DNA of 64,000 bases from Tubiluchus corallicola (Eukaryota > Animalia > Priapulida), in the NCBI GenBank assembly GCA_030141605.1, contig JAQGDQ010000365.1, forward strand, positions 36,505 through 100,504. The letters run 5' to 3'. Shown in pieces: positions 52,571 through 63,561 of this stretch (position 1 is its first letter; the number at the start of each line of letters is the position of its first letter). A program made the translations under genes and the position numbers. The notes under the pieces were generated by a model that did no database searches, was not told where the DNA came from, and worked only from the letters and a program-made list of their open reading frames with translations.

Positions 52571-53458
52571 ATGCTATATCAGGATTCGTTTTTGGACTAT
52601 ATTAAGTACGAAAAACGTTACTCTCCATCAACTATAGTTGCGTACAAAAAGGATCTTGACCAGTTTTTTTCATTTGGAGAGAAATTAATTGACAGTCTTT
52701 CTGTTCATAGTATTGATTTTCATCTAATTAGGGGGTGGGTTGTTTCTCTTATGGAAGATGGTATTAATCCTGTTTCTGTTAGGCGAAAGATCTCAACATT
52801 AAAGTCCTATTTTAAGTTTTTGATGAGGCAAGAGGTAATCTCTGTTAGCCCTATGGATAAGATTATCCCCCCTAAGGCTGGGAAGAGGCTTCCTGTCTTT
52901 TTACAAGAACAAGAGATAAATATGCTTCTTGATGGGGATTTTTTTTCTGACGATTTTGATGGCCTTCGTGATAAAGCGATAATTAGCTTGTTCTATGGGA
53001 CAGGAGTGAGGTTATCGGAGTTGAGGGGTGTGAAGATAAATGATATTGACACCTCTGAACATATTGTAAAAGTTAAAGGGAAGCGGAGGAAAGAGCGCAT
53101 TGTACCATATCCAAAGGAGGTGTCGTCTATTATACTTGAGTATATTGAAAGCAGGAATGAGCTTTTTGGGGAGGCAGAAGAGTATCTATTTCTTACGAGC
53201 AAAGGGAAAGTTGTGTATGAAAAGCTGCTGTATCGTGTAGTAAACAAACATTTGGCAAAAGTTACTACACTACACAAGAAGAGCCCCCATGTTTTACGAC
53301 ACAGTTTTGCGACTCATCTGTTGAATAATGGGGCAGAGCTAAATGCCATAAAGGAACTTTTAGGGCATGCCAATCTTTCAGCAACGCAAGTCTATACACA
53401 TGTGACATTTAAAAAAATGAAAGATGTTTATAAACAGGCTCATCCAAGAGGAGCTTAA
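52571..53458 (+). CDS. xerC: Tyrosine recombinase XerC-like
   Basis: TGVRLSE, HVLRHSFATHLL, LGHANLSATQVY, AHPR; rpsU-xer-hpf order. Confidence 0.85.
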   Translation: MLYQDSFLDYIKYEKRYSPSTIVAYKKDLDQFFSFGEKLIDSLSVHSIDFHLIRGWVVSLMEDGINPVSVRRKISTLKSYFKFLMRQEVISVSPMDKIIPPKAGKRLPVFLQEQEINMLLDGDFFSDDFDGLRDKAIISLFYGTGVRLSELRGVKINDIDTSEHIVKVKGKRRKERIVPYPKEVSSIILEYIESRNELFGEAEEYLFLTSKGKVVYEKLLYRVVNKHLAKVTTLHKKSPHVLRHSFATHLLNNGAELNAIKELLGHANLSATQVYTHVTFKKMKDVYKQAHPRGA

Positions 53459-53488
53459 ATAAAAAGTAAAAACAGAGGAGAATACATT

Positions 53489-53791
53489 ATGAAGGTTAAT
53501 GTGCAGTCTGTACGCTTTAAAGCAGACCATAAGCTATTGGAGTTTTGCGAAAAAAAAGTTAAAAAGCTATTAGTTCTCTTTGATGGAGTAATTGGTGCAG
53601 AGGTGACTCTTAGGTTGGATAAGGATGGCGGTAAAGAGAACAAGGTTGCAGAGATTATGGTGTCTGTTCCGGCCAATGAGAATCTTTTTGCTAAAAAAAG
53701 TGCCAGGACTTTTGAGGAGTCGGTAGATATGTCTGTTGAGGCTCTTCGCAGACAGCTAAGGAAGTATAAAGGAAAATTGAAGTCTAAGTAG
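53489..53791 (+). CDS. hpf: Ribosome hibernation factor (HPF/RaiA)
   Basis: QSVRFKAD..L, ENKVAEI, FEESVD. Confidence 0.9.
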   Translation: MKVNVQSVRFKADHKLLEFCEKKVKKLLVLFDGVIGAEVTLRLDKDGGKENKVAEIMVSVPANENLFAKKSARTFEESVDMSVEALRRQLRKYKGKLKSK

Positions 53792-53826
53792 TCTTAAGAC
53801 TAGCATATAAGCATAAATCTTATTAT

Positions 53827-53941
53827 GAGATTTTGCAAAATGAAGTATCTTAGACTGAGGAAAAATTTGATAAAAACAGTAATTTGCTGAGCCTGAGTTA
53901 AGGTTTGATAAATTATGTAAAAGATGAGCTGTAAAAGGTTC
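53827..53941 (-). mobile_element. MITE copy, short form, reverse orientation, perfect 5-bp TSD ATTAT
   Basis: Reverse complement GAACCTTTTACAGCTCATCTTTT...CCTCAGTCTAAG...TTTTGCAAAATCTC; ATTAT at 53822-53826 and 53942-53946. Confidence 0.8.
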
Positions 53942-54037
53942 ATTATATGCGAACATAATGGAGCCTGGGAGTGCCCAGAATGGGAAATTATTGAGCAAAA
54001 CGCTAAAAGTATAGAAATATAAAAAGTGTGTAACCTG

Positions 54038-54958
54038 ATGTCGCTGACACGAGAGCAAATATTACGTTATATGAAGGACCCCAAGACATTGGGCGGTAAT
54101 TCAGTTTATGGGCTAAAGGAGGTATTAGGTGAGTTCCCGTATTTTCACTGTGCACATCTGCTGTATATTTACAATCTGTATCTTGAGGAGAGCTCCCACT
54201 TCGAAGATCAAAAGAAGATTACTTCTATGCACACTGTTGACAGGGAAACACTTTTTAACTTGTTAAATAGTCGGCAGAAGGAAAACTACAGTGGTAACGG
54301 TATCGGGGAGCATGATGGCAAGATGTTGAAATATAAGGTGCCACATGAGAGAAGCAATGGGGAGGATATCGGGTCGGCAAGCATTTCTTCTACTGCTGTA
54401 TTGAAAGATACAGTTAAAGAGGCAGAGGCAGCTAAAGAGTCGGCGCTAGCTAAAGAGGCAGTGCTAGCTAAAGAAGCAGTGCTAGCTAAAGAGGCAGCGC
54501 TAGCTAAAGAGGCAGAGGCAGCGAAAGAGACAGATAAGCACAATGTTACCAGAGGAGAAGAGATTGCTGAAAGAGAGATTGAGCCACTTAGCATTAATGT
54601 TACAGGCAAAGGGGGTTATAGTCTTGGTAACATAGGGCATAAGACAGATATTTTCTACCAGGGGAGCGATAGTGAAAAAGAGGGTGTGACTAAGCAGGAT
54701 GATCTGATAGAAAAGTTTATAAAGGAGAAACCGAGTATGCCGGGGGCAGCAGAGCCGACACATAAGAAAGCTGATCTGTCTGAACAGGGTGATGAGAAGT
54801 TTGATGATCTTATAACGGAGACTTTGGCGAAGGTGTACTTAAAGCAGGGGTATAATCAAAAGGCAATCAGAGCTTTTCAAAAGCTAAGTTTGAAATACCC
54901 TGAAAAAAGCGCTTATTTTGCAAATAGAATTGAAGAGATAAAAAAACTACTTAAATAA
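54038..54958 (+). CDS. Conserved hypothetical TPR-like protein upstream of secG
   Basis: EFPYF N-terminus; DLIEKFI; TETLAKVYLKQG..KAI...KLSLKYPEKSAYFA C-terminus. Confidence 0.85.
   Translation: MSLTREQILRYMKDPKTLGGNSVYGLKEVLGEFPYFHCAHLLYIYNLYLEESSHFEDQKKITSMHTVDRETLFNLLNSRQKENYSGNGIGEHDGKMLKYKVPHERSNGEDIGSASISSTAVLKDTVKEAEAAKESALAKEAVLAKEAVLAKEAALAKEAEAAKETDKHNVTRGEEIAEREIEPLSINVTGKGGYSLGNIGHKTDIFYQGSDSEKEGVTKQDDLIEKFIKEKPSMPGAAEPTHKKADLSEQGDEKFDDLITETLAKVYLKQGYNQKAIRAFQKLSLKYPEKSAYFANRIEEIKKLLK
54413..54529 (+). repeat. 18-bp coding tandem repeat, about 6.5 units (AKEAxL/A)
   Basis: GCTAAAGAGGCAGTGCTA-like units at 54413, 54431, 54449, 54467, 54485, 54503. Confidence 0.9.
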
Positions 54959-54970
54959 GTTATTTAAATT

Positions 54971-55306
54971 ATGTATGGTCTGATATCGGGTTTAATAATC
55001 TTTGTTTGTATACTTACTATTCTTATTGTTCTTGTACAAAACTCTAAAGGCGGTGGGCTTGCGTCCTCCTTTTCTTCGTCAAACCAGGTGATGGGTGTGA
55101 GGCGAACAACTGATTTTCTTGAGAAAGCGACATGGTACCTTATCGCTTTATTATTTATGCTTTCAATATTAGCTTCTGCTTTTATACCACGCCAGACAGG
55201 TGAACGGCGCTCAGTAATCGAGGAGCAAATTCAGAATGCGGCTGATCCGGATGCTGTGCCTGTATTCCCTCAGACTGCGCCTGATGAAGAAGAGGTGACA
55301 GATTGA
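54971..55306 (+). CDS. secG: Preprotein translocase subunit SecG
   Basis: VLVQNSKGGGLAS, FLEKATW. Confidence 0.95.
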   Translation: MYGLISGLIIFVCILTILIVLVQNSKGGGLASSFSSSNQVMGVRRTTDFLEKATWYLIALLFMLSILASAFIPRQTGERRSVIEEQIQNAADPDAVPVFPQTAPDEEEVTD

Positions 55307-55418
55307 TATAGATACCTGTAGGAAGGAAGCGTTAGAGATTTAGAATTCTTTTATAGTTATAAGGTGTTTTATTGCGGGCTTGTAAAGCACCTTTTTTAGT
55401 TTGTTTTTGCGGAGCAAT

Positions 55419-55540
55419 TCCTTTGCAAGGGTAAGTGTTTTTGACTTATATTGAGAAAAAATCGATGTACCCTTCGCCTCTTAGTCGTTCCTTGAGTTAA
55501 GCTTAGTTTGCTCAGTATTAATGGTGTAAAGTTAGAGCTT
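55419..55540 (-). mobile_element. Degenerate MITE copy, reverse orientation
   Basis: CCTTTGCAAGG...TTGACTTATATTGAGAAAAAATCGATG is the reverse complement of the right half. Confidence 0.5.
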
Positions 55541-55672
55541 GGAGAATTGTAGTGACTTGAGTTGCAAGGATTATTGTGACTTTCGTGCAAAGTCTTGCAG
55601 ATTAAGATAGGAAAATCGCCAAATCAAACCCAGCTGAATCTTACAAGCTATGCGAAACAGAAAAATTGTCTT

Positions 55673-55809
55673 TAAAGGGTTTTGCTAGAAAAACAGCGAA
55701 AGGTGTAGCGAAAAAACCTTCTCACTCACTGTTTGAGTCTTTTATTTAAAAGGCGAGTTTTTGAGAAGATAGCGAAGCCGTCAACGTAGTTTTTTATCAA
55801 AAGCATTTA
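55673..55809. repeat. Nested inverted-repeat element distinct from the MITE
   Basis: Outer TAAAGGGTTTTGCTAGAAAAAC vs GTTTTTTATCAAAAGCATTTA; inner CTTCTCA/TGAGAAG and GTCTTTT/AAAAGGC. Confidence 0.55.
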
Positions 55810-55949
55810 CCGGCTTGACTTTTGCCTCTATTGTACTACTTCAAAAACAGTTATATAATCGTCAATACGAACTGTACACTTTTTTTAAGCCTCCGGAGGG
55901 TTTTAATTGTATATCAGATCAAAATATACAAGTAGTAAATTTTTATCTC

Positions 55950-56061
55950 AACAAAGATTAATTCTTAAGGAACGATTCGACTCCTTATCTGCGCAAATGA
56001 GGGTTTTAAAAGAGGATTTTGACGAAATTGTTAATAAAAAGATGGGTTTTGCAAAGACCTT
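55950..56061 (-). mobile_element. MITE copy, long form, reverse orientation, right end lost
   Basis: Reverse complement AAGGTCTTTGCAAAACCCATCTTTTTATTAACAATTTCGTCAAAATCCTCTTTTAAAACCCTCATTT. Confidence 0.8.
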
Positions 56062-56302
56062 GGAGTGGCTGTGTGCAGATGTCATCGTGGCATATAAGCA
56101 CTGACACTTTGCCTTATCTACACTACGCTGACAGCCAATCGATTAGTCTTAGAGGTGAGTTGTGTATGGTATTGCAGGTGTAATTTTGTCTGTATCCATA
56201 CAATAAAAAGACGCATTTTCGTCTTTGGCATACATTGTGATAAGTCAATTGAAGTGTTGATGCTGTTTAAAATATGTTTAACTTTAAAAATAGAGCACTA
56301 AA

Positions 56303-56581
56303 ATGGCAAATTTAAAAGGTAAAATTCTTGCAGGCAAGCTACTTGTACAGCCTCAAGATGCGGAGGAGAAAACCTCTGGAGGTATTATTATTCCGGATTC
56401 AGCAAAAGAAAAGCCCCAGCAGGGGAAAGTTGTACTTACGGGCGCAGCAAAGAAGGATGAACCGATGGAAGTTAAAGAGGGTGATGCTGTTTTTTATGGG
56501 AAGTATTCCGGCACGGAACTGAATATAGATGGGGATGATTATCTTCTGATTTCTCAGTCAGATGTGCTGTACATTGCTTAA
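56303..56581 (+). CDS. groES: Co-chaperonin GroES
   Basis: EEKTSGGIIIPDSAKEKPQQG, KYSGTE. Confidence 0.97.
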   Translation: MANLKGKILAGKLLVQPQDAEEKTSGGIIIPDSAKEKPQQGKVVLTGAAKKDEPMEVKEGDAVFYGKYSGTELNIDGDDYLLISQSDVLYIA

Positions 56582-56605
56582 AAAAAAAGAAAAAGTAATT
56601 ATTAA

Positions 56606-58267
<1,662 letters not shown>

Positions 58268-58307
58268 TAATTACTATATCCGTTAACTACGGTTGGCTGA
58301 AGAGTTT

Positions 58308-58343
58308 AAAAATGCCATCCCTATTCTTGGGGTGGCATTTTTT
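58308..58343 (+). terminator. Intrinsic terminator after groEL
   Basis: AAAAATGCCATCCC / GGGGTGGCATTTTT hairpin with T-run. Confidence 0.75.
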
Positions 58344-58380
58344 AGTGGCTATTTTGGGATAGGAAATAGGGTTATTATAT

Positions 58381-58523
58381 GAGGTCTTTGAAAGATTCTG
58401 CTTTTGTACTACTATTTTTGTTAAAGCTCTCTTCAAAATCCTCATCTACATTAGATAAACTGTGACTTTTCACTAAGTTTTTCCCCAATATAAGTCCAAA
58501 GTATTTCACCTTGCAAAGGCCTC
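58381..58523 (+). mobile_element. MITE copy, long form
   Basis: GAGGTCTTTG...GTTAAAGCTCTCTTCAAAATCCTCAT...CCTTGCAAAGGCCTC. Confidence 0.85.
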
Positions 58524-58530
58524 GTTGTTT

Positions 58531-59859
58531 TTATCGTCTTCTTTTGTTTGGGATACTCCTTCTTTTTTTTCTTGCTCTGTGTTGTGTTGGATTGGACTTA
58601 GGGGAGGGTGTTTTCTGCTTTTGCTTTTTTTCATGAAAAGCACCTTTATAAGAGGGATCTTCTAGTTTTCGCTGTTGATCTATATCTTTTGCCTGTTGTT
58701 GTAGCTCATCATAGGTAGATTCGACTATTTCAACATGTGCAGGGAGCTTTTTTTCGGGAATTTCCATTCGAATCAGGTTTTCTATTTTGCGGATATGGTA
58801 CTCTTCAGCTGGGCTGACTATGGAGATGGCTGTACCTGTGTTACTGGCCCTGGCAGTTCTTCCTATGCGGTGTACGTAATCTTCATATCGGGTAGGAAGA
58901 TCAAAGTTTACGACATGGGAAATTTTTAAAATATCAATGCCGCGTGCTGAAACATCAGTAGTAATTAATATGCGAACATTTCCTGATTTAAAGTCTTTTA
59001 TGGCGTTTATTCGTGAGTTTTGCGCTTTATTGGAGTGTAAAACTCGCACCTCCCCCTCGGCTTTCCTTTTTATTACTTTAAAAATGCTTTCGGCATTCTT
59101 TTTTGTTTTACAGAATATAATAACCCTACTATATGTTTTTTCATCTGTGAGCAGTTCTTTTACTAAGTTCAGTTTGGTGCGATAGTTTGGTGCTCTGAAA
59201 AAGTATTGTTCTATTTTTTCGGCGGGAGTTGCAGGTGGCGATATTTCAACACGCTTTGGAAATGTAAGAAATTCTCCTGCCATATCTTTAACTCTGTCTG
59301 AGAATGTTGCAGAGAAGAGTAAGTTTTGCCGCTTTGACGGAATAACTTCAAAGAGTTGGCGGAGCTGAGGCATAAACCCCATATCAAGCATTCTGTCTGC
59401 TTCATCAATGACGAGGGTTTTTACCTTTTTTAGAGATAATACACCTGCCTTATACAGGTCCCACAGTCTGCCGGGGGTAGCAACCAGGATATCAATACCA
59501 GGCTCTATGAGTGCTGCATGTTTTGTCCACCCTATACCTCCAAAGAGTGCTGCGTGTCGCAGGTTAGTGAATTGAGAGAGCTTTTTAATGTCTTCCCCTA
59601 CCTGAATAGATAGCTCCCGAGTGGGGACAAGTATGATAGCTCTGGGGCCTTCTTCTTCCGCCTTCACTAGTTTATTAAATATTGGGACGAGGTAGGCGGC
59701 TGTTTTTCCCGTTCCGGTTTGAGCAATACCCAGCACATCCTGTCCCGATTTTATCACAGGAATAGCTTTATCCTGGATAGGAGTTGGCGCTTCAAAGCCA
59801 ATGGAGTCCAAAGCCTTTAGTATTGATTTACCAATCTTCAGTTCTTTAAAGTTACTCAT
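58531..59859 (-). CDS. DEAD-box RNA helicase
   Basis: Q motif, AQTGTGKT, PTREL, DEAD, SAT, HRIGRT; native start probably MSNF at 59859, the 59895 ATG lies in the MITE. Confidence 0.95.
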   Translation of the reverse strand: MSNFKELKIGKSILKALDSIGFEAPTPIQDKAIPVIKSGQDVLGIAQTGTGKTAAYLVPIFNKLVKAEEEGPRAIILVPTRELSIQVGEDIKKLSQFTNLRHAALFGGIGWTKHAALIEPGIDILVATPGRLWDLYKAGVLSLKKVKTLVIDEADRMLDMGFMPQLRQLFEVIPSKRQNLLFSATFSDRVKDMAGEFLTFPKRVEISPPATPAEKIEQYFFRAPNYRTKLNLVKELLTDEKTYSRVIIFCKTKKNAESIFKVIKRKAEGEVRVLHSNKAQNSRINAIKDFKSGNVRILITTDVSARGIDILKISHVVNFDLPTRYEDYVHRIGRTARASNTGTAISIVSPAEEYHIRKIENLIRMEIPEKKLPAHVEIVESTYDELQQQAKDIDQQRKLEDPSYKGAFHEKKQKQKTPSPKSNPTQHRARKKRRSIPNKRRR

Positions 59860-59875
59860 TGCGTAATTAAGATTA

Positions 59876-60013
59876 GAGACTTTTGCAAAACTCATTTTTA
59901 TTAATATTATTTGTCAAAATTCTCTTTAAAGCTCTCATTTATGTTTATAAAGAGTGATTTTCATCAAGATTTCACTCAATCTGAACCAAAATCTTTTGCC
60001 TTGTAAAGATCCT
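59876..60013 (+). mobile_element. MITE copy, long form, perfect 5-bp TSD GATTA
   Basis: GAGACTTTTGCAAAA...TTGTAAAGATCCT; GATTA at 59871-59875 and 60014-60018. Confidence 0.87.
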
Positions 60014-60069
60014 GATTAGTAAGCCCCAAAAGTACCTCTTTTGTAGTAATATAAAAGAGATACAGGGGT

Positions 60070-61179
60070 TTATATTAATTTGAATATTTTTCCGGGCAGG
60101 CCCTTTACTATTCCGGCAAATTCGAGGTTGAGGAGAGTGGGAGAGATAACACTCATAGGCAGAGATGTTTTTATACAAATTATGTCAATGGGGCATTTAT
60201 CATTCTCCTTTAGCACATTCACTATTTTTTGTTCGTCAGAGGTTAGGTCATTGAATAGTCGGGGTTGATATGATTTAGGCTTTGTTTTTCCTGGTTCCCA
60301 ATTCATTATATATTCTAGGTCTAAGATGTTTTCAATTAGTGCAGCTCTGTTTGACTTTATAAGAAAGTTACAGCCCTCCGAATATGTGTCGCCATTGCGT
60401 CCTGGAAATGCAAAAACATCACGGTTGTATGAGTTGGCAATCTCTGCTGTTATTAGTGCTCCTCCTTTTTTTGCAGATTCGACTACTATTGTGGCATCAG
60501 AGAGTCCTGCAATAATACGATTACGCAGCACAAAGTTTTTTTTATCCAGATTGGAGCAACTTGAAAAATCGGTCACCAGACAGTTTCCTTCTTCTGTCAT
60601 TTTATGTGCAAGAGTTTTATGAGCTGCCGGATATATTGTATTTAACCCGTGAGCTAAAACACCAATAGTAGGAAGGTTGTACTTTAATGCCATTCGGTGT
60701 GCAGCTATGTCAATTCCGTAGGCTAATCCACTTACGATTGTAATATTATGTCCTCGTTTGTAAATATCTGATACAAAACCTTCTACCATGTTTGCCCCAT
60801 ACTCTGTAGCGCTGCGTGTCCCCACAATACTTAAGAATTTTCTATTGTTTAGCTCAGCTTTCCCTTTATTGAAAAGTACAACTGGGGCATCGATACAAGC
60901 TTTTAAGCGTTGGGGGTATTTGTCGTCCAGGAAAAATAGAGTTTCGATATTGTTTTTTATGGTAAAATTAACTTCTGCTTCTGCTGCTTTCATCACATCT
61001 TGCGATACAATACTTTTAGCAAGAGTACTCCCTATTCCCGGAACCTTTTGTAGTAATTTTTTACTTTCACTAAAAACTTGCTTTACCCCTCCTGCATAAG
61101 CGATAAGCTTTTTAGCATTAGTATTTCCTATACCCGGAATCAGAGATATCGCAATTTTATATATAAGCTCGTTATCCAT
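60070..61179 (-). CDS. dprA: DNA-processing protein DprA
   Basis: VGTR, VSGLAYGID..AH, RNRIIAG, GGALITA. Confidence 0.95.
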   Translation of the reverse strand: MDNELIYKIAISLIPGIGNTNAKKLIAYAGGVKQVFSESKKLLQKVPGIGSTLAKSIVSQDVMKAAEAEVNFTIKNNIETLFFLDDKYPQRLKACIDAPVVLFNKGKAELNNRKFLSIVGTRSATEYGANMVEGFVSDIYKRGHNITIVSGLAYGIDIAAHRMALKYNLPTIGVLAHGLNTIYPAAHKTLAHKMTEEGNCLVTDFSSCSNLDKKNFVLRNRIIAGLSDATIVVESAKKGGALITAEIANSYNRDVFAFPGRNGDTYSEGCNFLIKSNRAALIENILDLEYIMNWEPGKTKPKSYQPRLFNDLTSDEQKIVNVLKENDKCPIDIICIKTSLPMSVISPTLLNLEFAGIVKGLPGKIFKLI

Positions 61180-61256
61180 AGAGTTGCAGGGTAATTCTCA
61201 ATAAATATAATCAAGATAGTTGTAAGTATATGTATAATTGCTACAAATATTTGTTG

Positions 61257-61430
61257 CGAGTTGAGCCAAAATATTCACCTTGTAAAGGTTTTTTTTGTGG
61301 CTTTCTAAGAGTAGCAAGAGGTCACTGCCAAGCAGATCGTTTGCTTGCTGTTTTTTGTCAAAAATCTTGCCAGAGCTCTCATTGCTGTTTAAGTAGGCTG
61401 TAGTTTCTTTTCTATTTTTTCTTTAGCTTG
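61257..61430 (+). mobile_element. MITE right-end fragment followed by a degenerate long copy
   Basis: TTGAGCCAAAATATTCACCTTGTAAAGG; then GAGGTCACTGCCAA...TTTGTCAAAAATCTTGCCAGAGCTCTCATT. Confidence 0.55.
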
Positions 61431-61501
61431 TCTCGCCTCAGGTTGCTCACGAAGCGAACAATTATTTTTGCTTAAGCAATAGATGAAAAGCCTCATCTCA
61501 C

Positions 61502-63424
61502 CTATTTCAGTACTTTGAGCTCAGTGCGCCTATTTTTAGCTTTACCTTCCTCTGTATTATTGTTTGCAATGGGTTTAGAACTTCCATAGCCTATGTGTTT
61601 TACACGCTCCTTGGGGATACCCCCTTTGTGCATATAGCTAGCAACAGATGTTGCTCGTTTGTCTGATAGTGACAGATTGTGACTTTCTGAGCCGGTACTA
61701 TCTGTATGCCCCCCTATTTCTATTACAACAGACGTGTTTATACTCATAAATCGGATTATATTGTCAAGTTGCCGAAATGACTCTTCTTTTATGCTGCTCG
61801 AATCAGTTTCAAAAAATATATTTTTCAAGACAGCTATACTCCCTGGCACAATAGGCTGAAGATCAATGTTGATAAAGTAAGGCTTTTTGATGGAGAAAGA
61901 GTCCTGAAGAAAAAAATTCTCAGAGTGAAAGAGATAGTTTTTTTGTTCAATTGAGAGCCCGTAATTTTTGCCTGAAGGGAGGCATATAGTAAATCCTCCA
62001 CTATTTTCGTAGCGTGTAAGGTTAGCTACTTCCTCTCCACTTTCAAGATCATAGAGCAGAATATCAACCGGTACCGGTTCTTTTGTTATTGCATCAACGG
62101 CTACCCCTTTAACGTATGAGACAGGTGTGGGGCGTTTTTCTAAGGGAACAGCAAAGGTGTATATATCCTGTCCATCATAGTCGTTTGAACTGGCATTGTA
62201 GTACGCTTTTTTACCGTCTATCTCTACAATCATTCCCTCTTCATCCCCTGATGTGTTTAGAGGATATCCCATATTTCTTGGCGTTGAGAATGTGTTATTA
62301 CCTGTAAGTCTGGATATAAACAGGTCGTTGCCTCCCATGCCTGGCCAGTAGTCGGAAGAGAAGTAGAGTGTTTTGTTATCGGCATGAATAAACGGGGACA
62401 TCTCATTACCCCGGGTATTTATTTCACTAATGTTGTCGACCTTTCCAAAAATAGGGTAACCTTCCTTGCTCACCCCAATTCGCTTAGCTCTCCATATATC
62501 CATTTGCCCTTTTCCTCCTGGCCTGTTGCTGACAAAGTACAGGGTTTTGCTATCAGCAGAGAGAGATGGTTGCGATTCCCAATGGACTGTATTTACAGGA
62601 CCTCCTACGTTTACAGGTTTAGTCCATCCATCCTCTTTTAGTATAGAGCAGTATATGTCACAAGTTCCCTTGTTCTCTTTTCTACCACAAGCAGTAAAAA
62701 ATAGTACTCTTCCATCAGCAGAGATGCACTGAGCACCTTCATTTCCTAATGTATTAACATTTGCACCCAAACTCACTGCTTCACTCCATACATTGTTATT
62801 ATTAGTAGAAGTATATAGGTCTTCGTAAGGCATGCGCAGCTTATTGCCATTTTTATCGTACTCTATAAGCCGGGTAAAAATCAACCTGTTACCTTCTGCA
62901 TTTATACTTGGCCAGTACTCCTTAGCTTGTGTGTTGACTCCTTTCCCCAGTTTTTTTTGTTCAAAAGGTACTGGGTTTTCAATTGCTGTTACTGCGAAGT
63001 TACACGCTGCCCTCAGCTGGATAGCTTCTTTTTTGAAAGATTTTGAGATTGAAAAAAAACATTCTATACTATCATTGGCCTGATGGTACTTCTCTTTGTC
63101 GTATAGTAACTTTGCTAATAGGTAATATCCCAAAGGATAGCTACTGGGTGCTTTATTGAGCCCTGCACGAAGGTGCTGCATCTCTTCCTCAATGTTACCT
63201 TGTTTGTGGTAAATATCAGCTGAGGCAAAATGGGCTTTTGCAAATTCTGGATCAGTGGTTAATGCTTTATTCAGTAACATAATAGCTTTATCTAAGTTGC
63301 CGAGATAGAAGTCTTTTTCTGCTTGCTTGTAAAGCTTCAGAGCTTTTTTACTGGAAGTGTCGTACTGTCCTGCTCCTGAAACATAGGAGAGGCAGAACAG
63401 AGCAAGGATGGCAATAAACTTCAT
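61502..63424 (-). CDS. PorE-like TPR-PD40-OmpA family protein
   Basis: Signal peptide, TPR, PD40 repeats (LYFVSNRPGG, LYFSSD), OmpA domain (GHTD, LSDKRA, NRRTE). Confidence 0.88.
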   Translation of the reverse strand: MKFIAILALFCLSYVSGAGQYDTSSKKALKLYKQAEKDFYLGNLDKAIMLLNKALTTDPEFAKAHFASADIYHKQGNIEEEMQHLRAGLNKAPSSYPLGYYLLAKLLYDKEKYHQANDSIECFFSISKSFKKEAIQLRAACNFAVTAIENPVPFEQKKLGKGVNTQAKEYWPSINAEGNRLIFTRLIEYDKNGNKLRMPYEDLYTSTNNNNVWSEAVSLGANVNTLGNEGAQCISADGRVLFFTACGRKENKGTCDIYCSILKEDGWTKPVNVGGPVNTVHWESQPSLSADSKTLYFVSNRPGGKGQMDIWRAKRIGVSKEGYPIFGKVDNISEINTRGNEMSPFIHADNKTLYFSSDYWPGMGGNDLFISRLTGNNTFSTPRNMGYPLNTSGDEEGMIVEIDGKKAYYNASSNDYDGQDIYTFAVPLEKRPTPVSYVKGVAVDAITKEPVPVDILLYDLESGEEVANLTRYENSGGFTICLPSGKNYGLSIEQKNYLFHSENFFLQDSFSIKKPYFINIDLQPIVPGSIAVLKNIFFETDSSSIKEESFRQLDNIIRFMSINTSVVIEIGGHTDSTGSESHNLSLSDKRATSVASYMHKGGIPKERVKHIGYGSSKPIANNNTEEGKAKNRRTELKVLK

Positions 63425-63446
63425 AATTAAAGGTTGTTTGCGTATT

Positions 63447-63555
63447 GAGACTTTTACAAGTTTTTTTACTCCTAATATTTTATCAAAATCCTCAGCTTAT
63501 ACAAATAGAGGGGTTACTCCTTTCTTATAAGTTTTTTCAGTGTCCCAGTAGCCTC
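63447..63555 (+). mobile_element. MITE copy, short form (first of tandem pair)
   Basis: GAGACTTTTACAAG...AATATTTTATCAAAATCCTCA. Confidence 0.7.
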
Positions 63556-63561
63556 TGTATT

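Noticed and set aside
52571-53458. Tyrosine recombinase as a prophage or island integrase
   Set aside because: It sits in the conserved rpsU-xerC-hpf context with no att site or cargo.
55907-56104. Short ORFs with similar peptides (KEDFDEIVNKKMGFAK; also 19352..19534, 20734..20991, 8354..8539, 63445..63651) as a small-protein family
   Set aside because: The similarity comes from translating MITE copies; frames, starts and stops are not conserved among copies.
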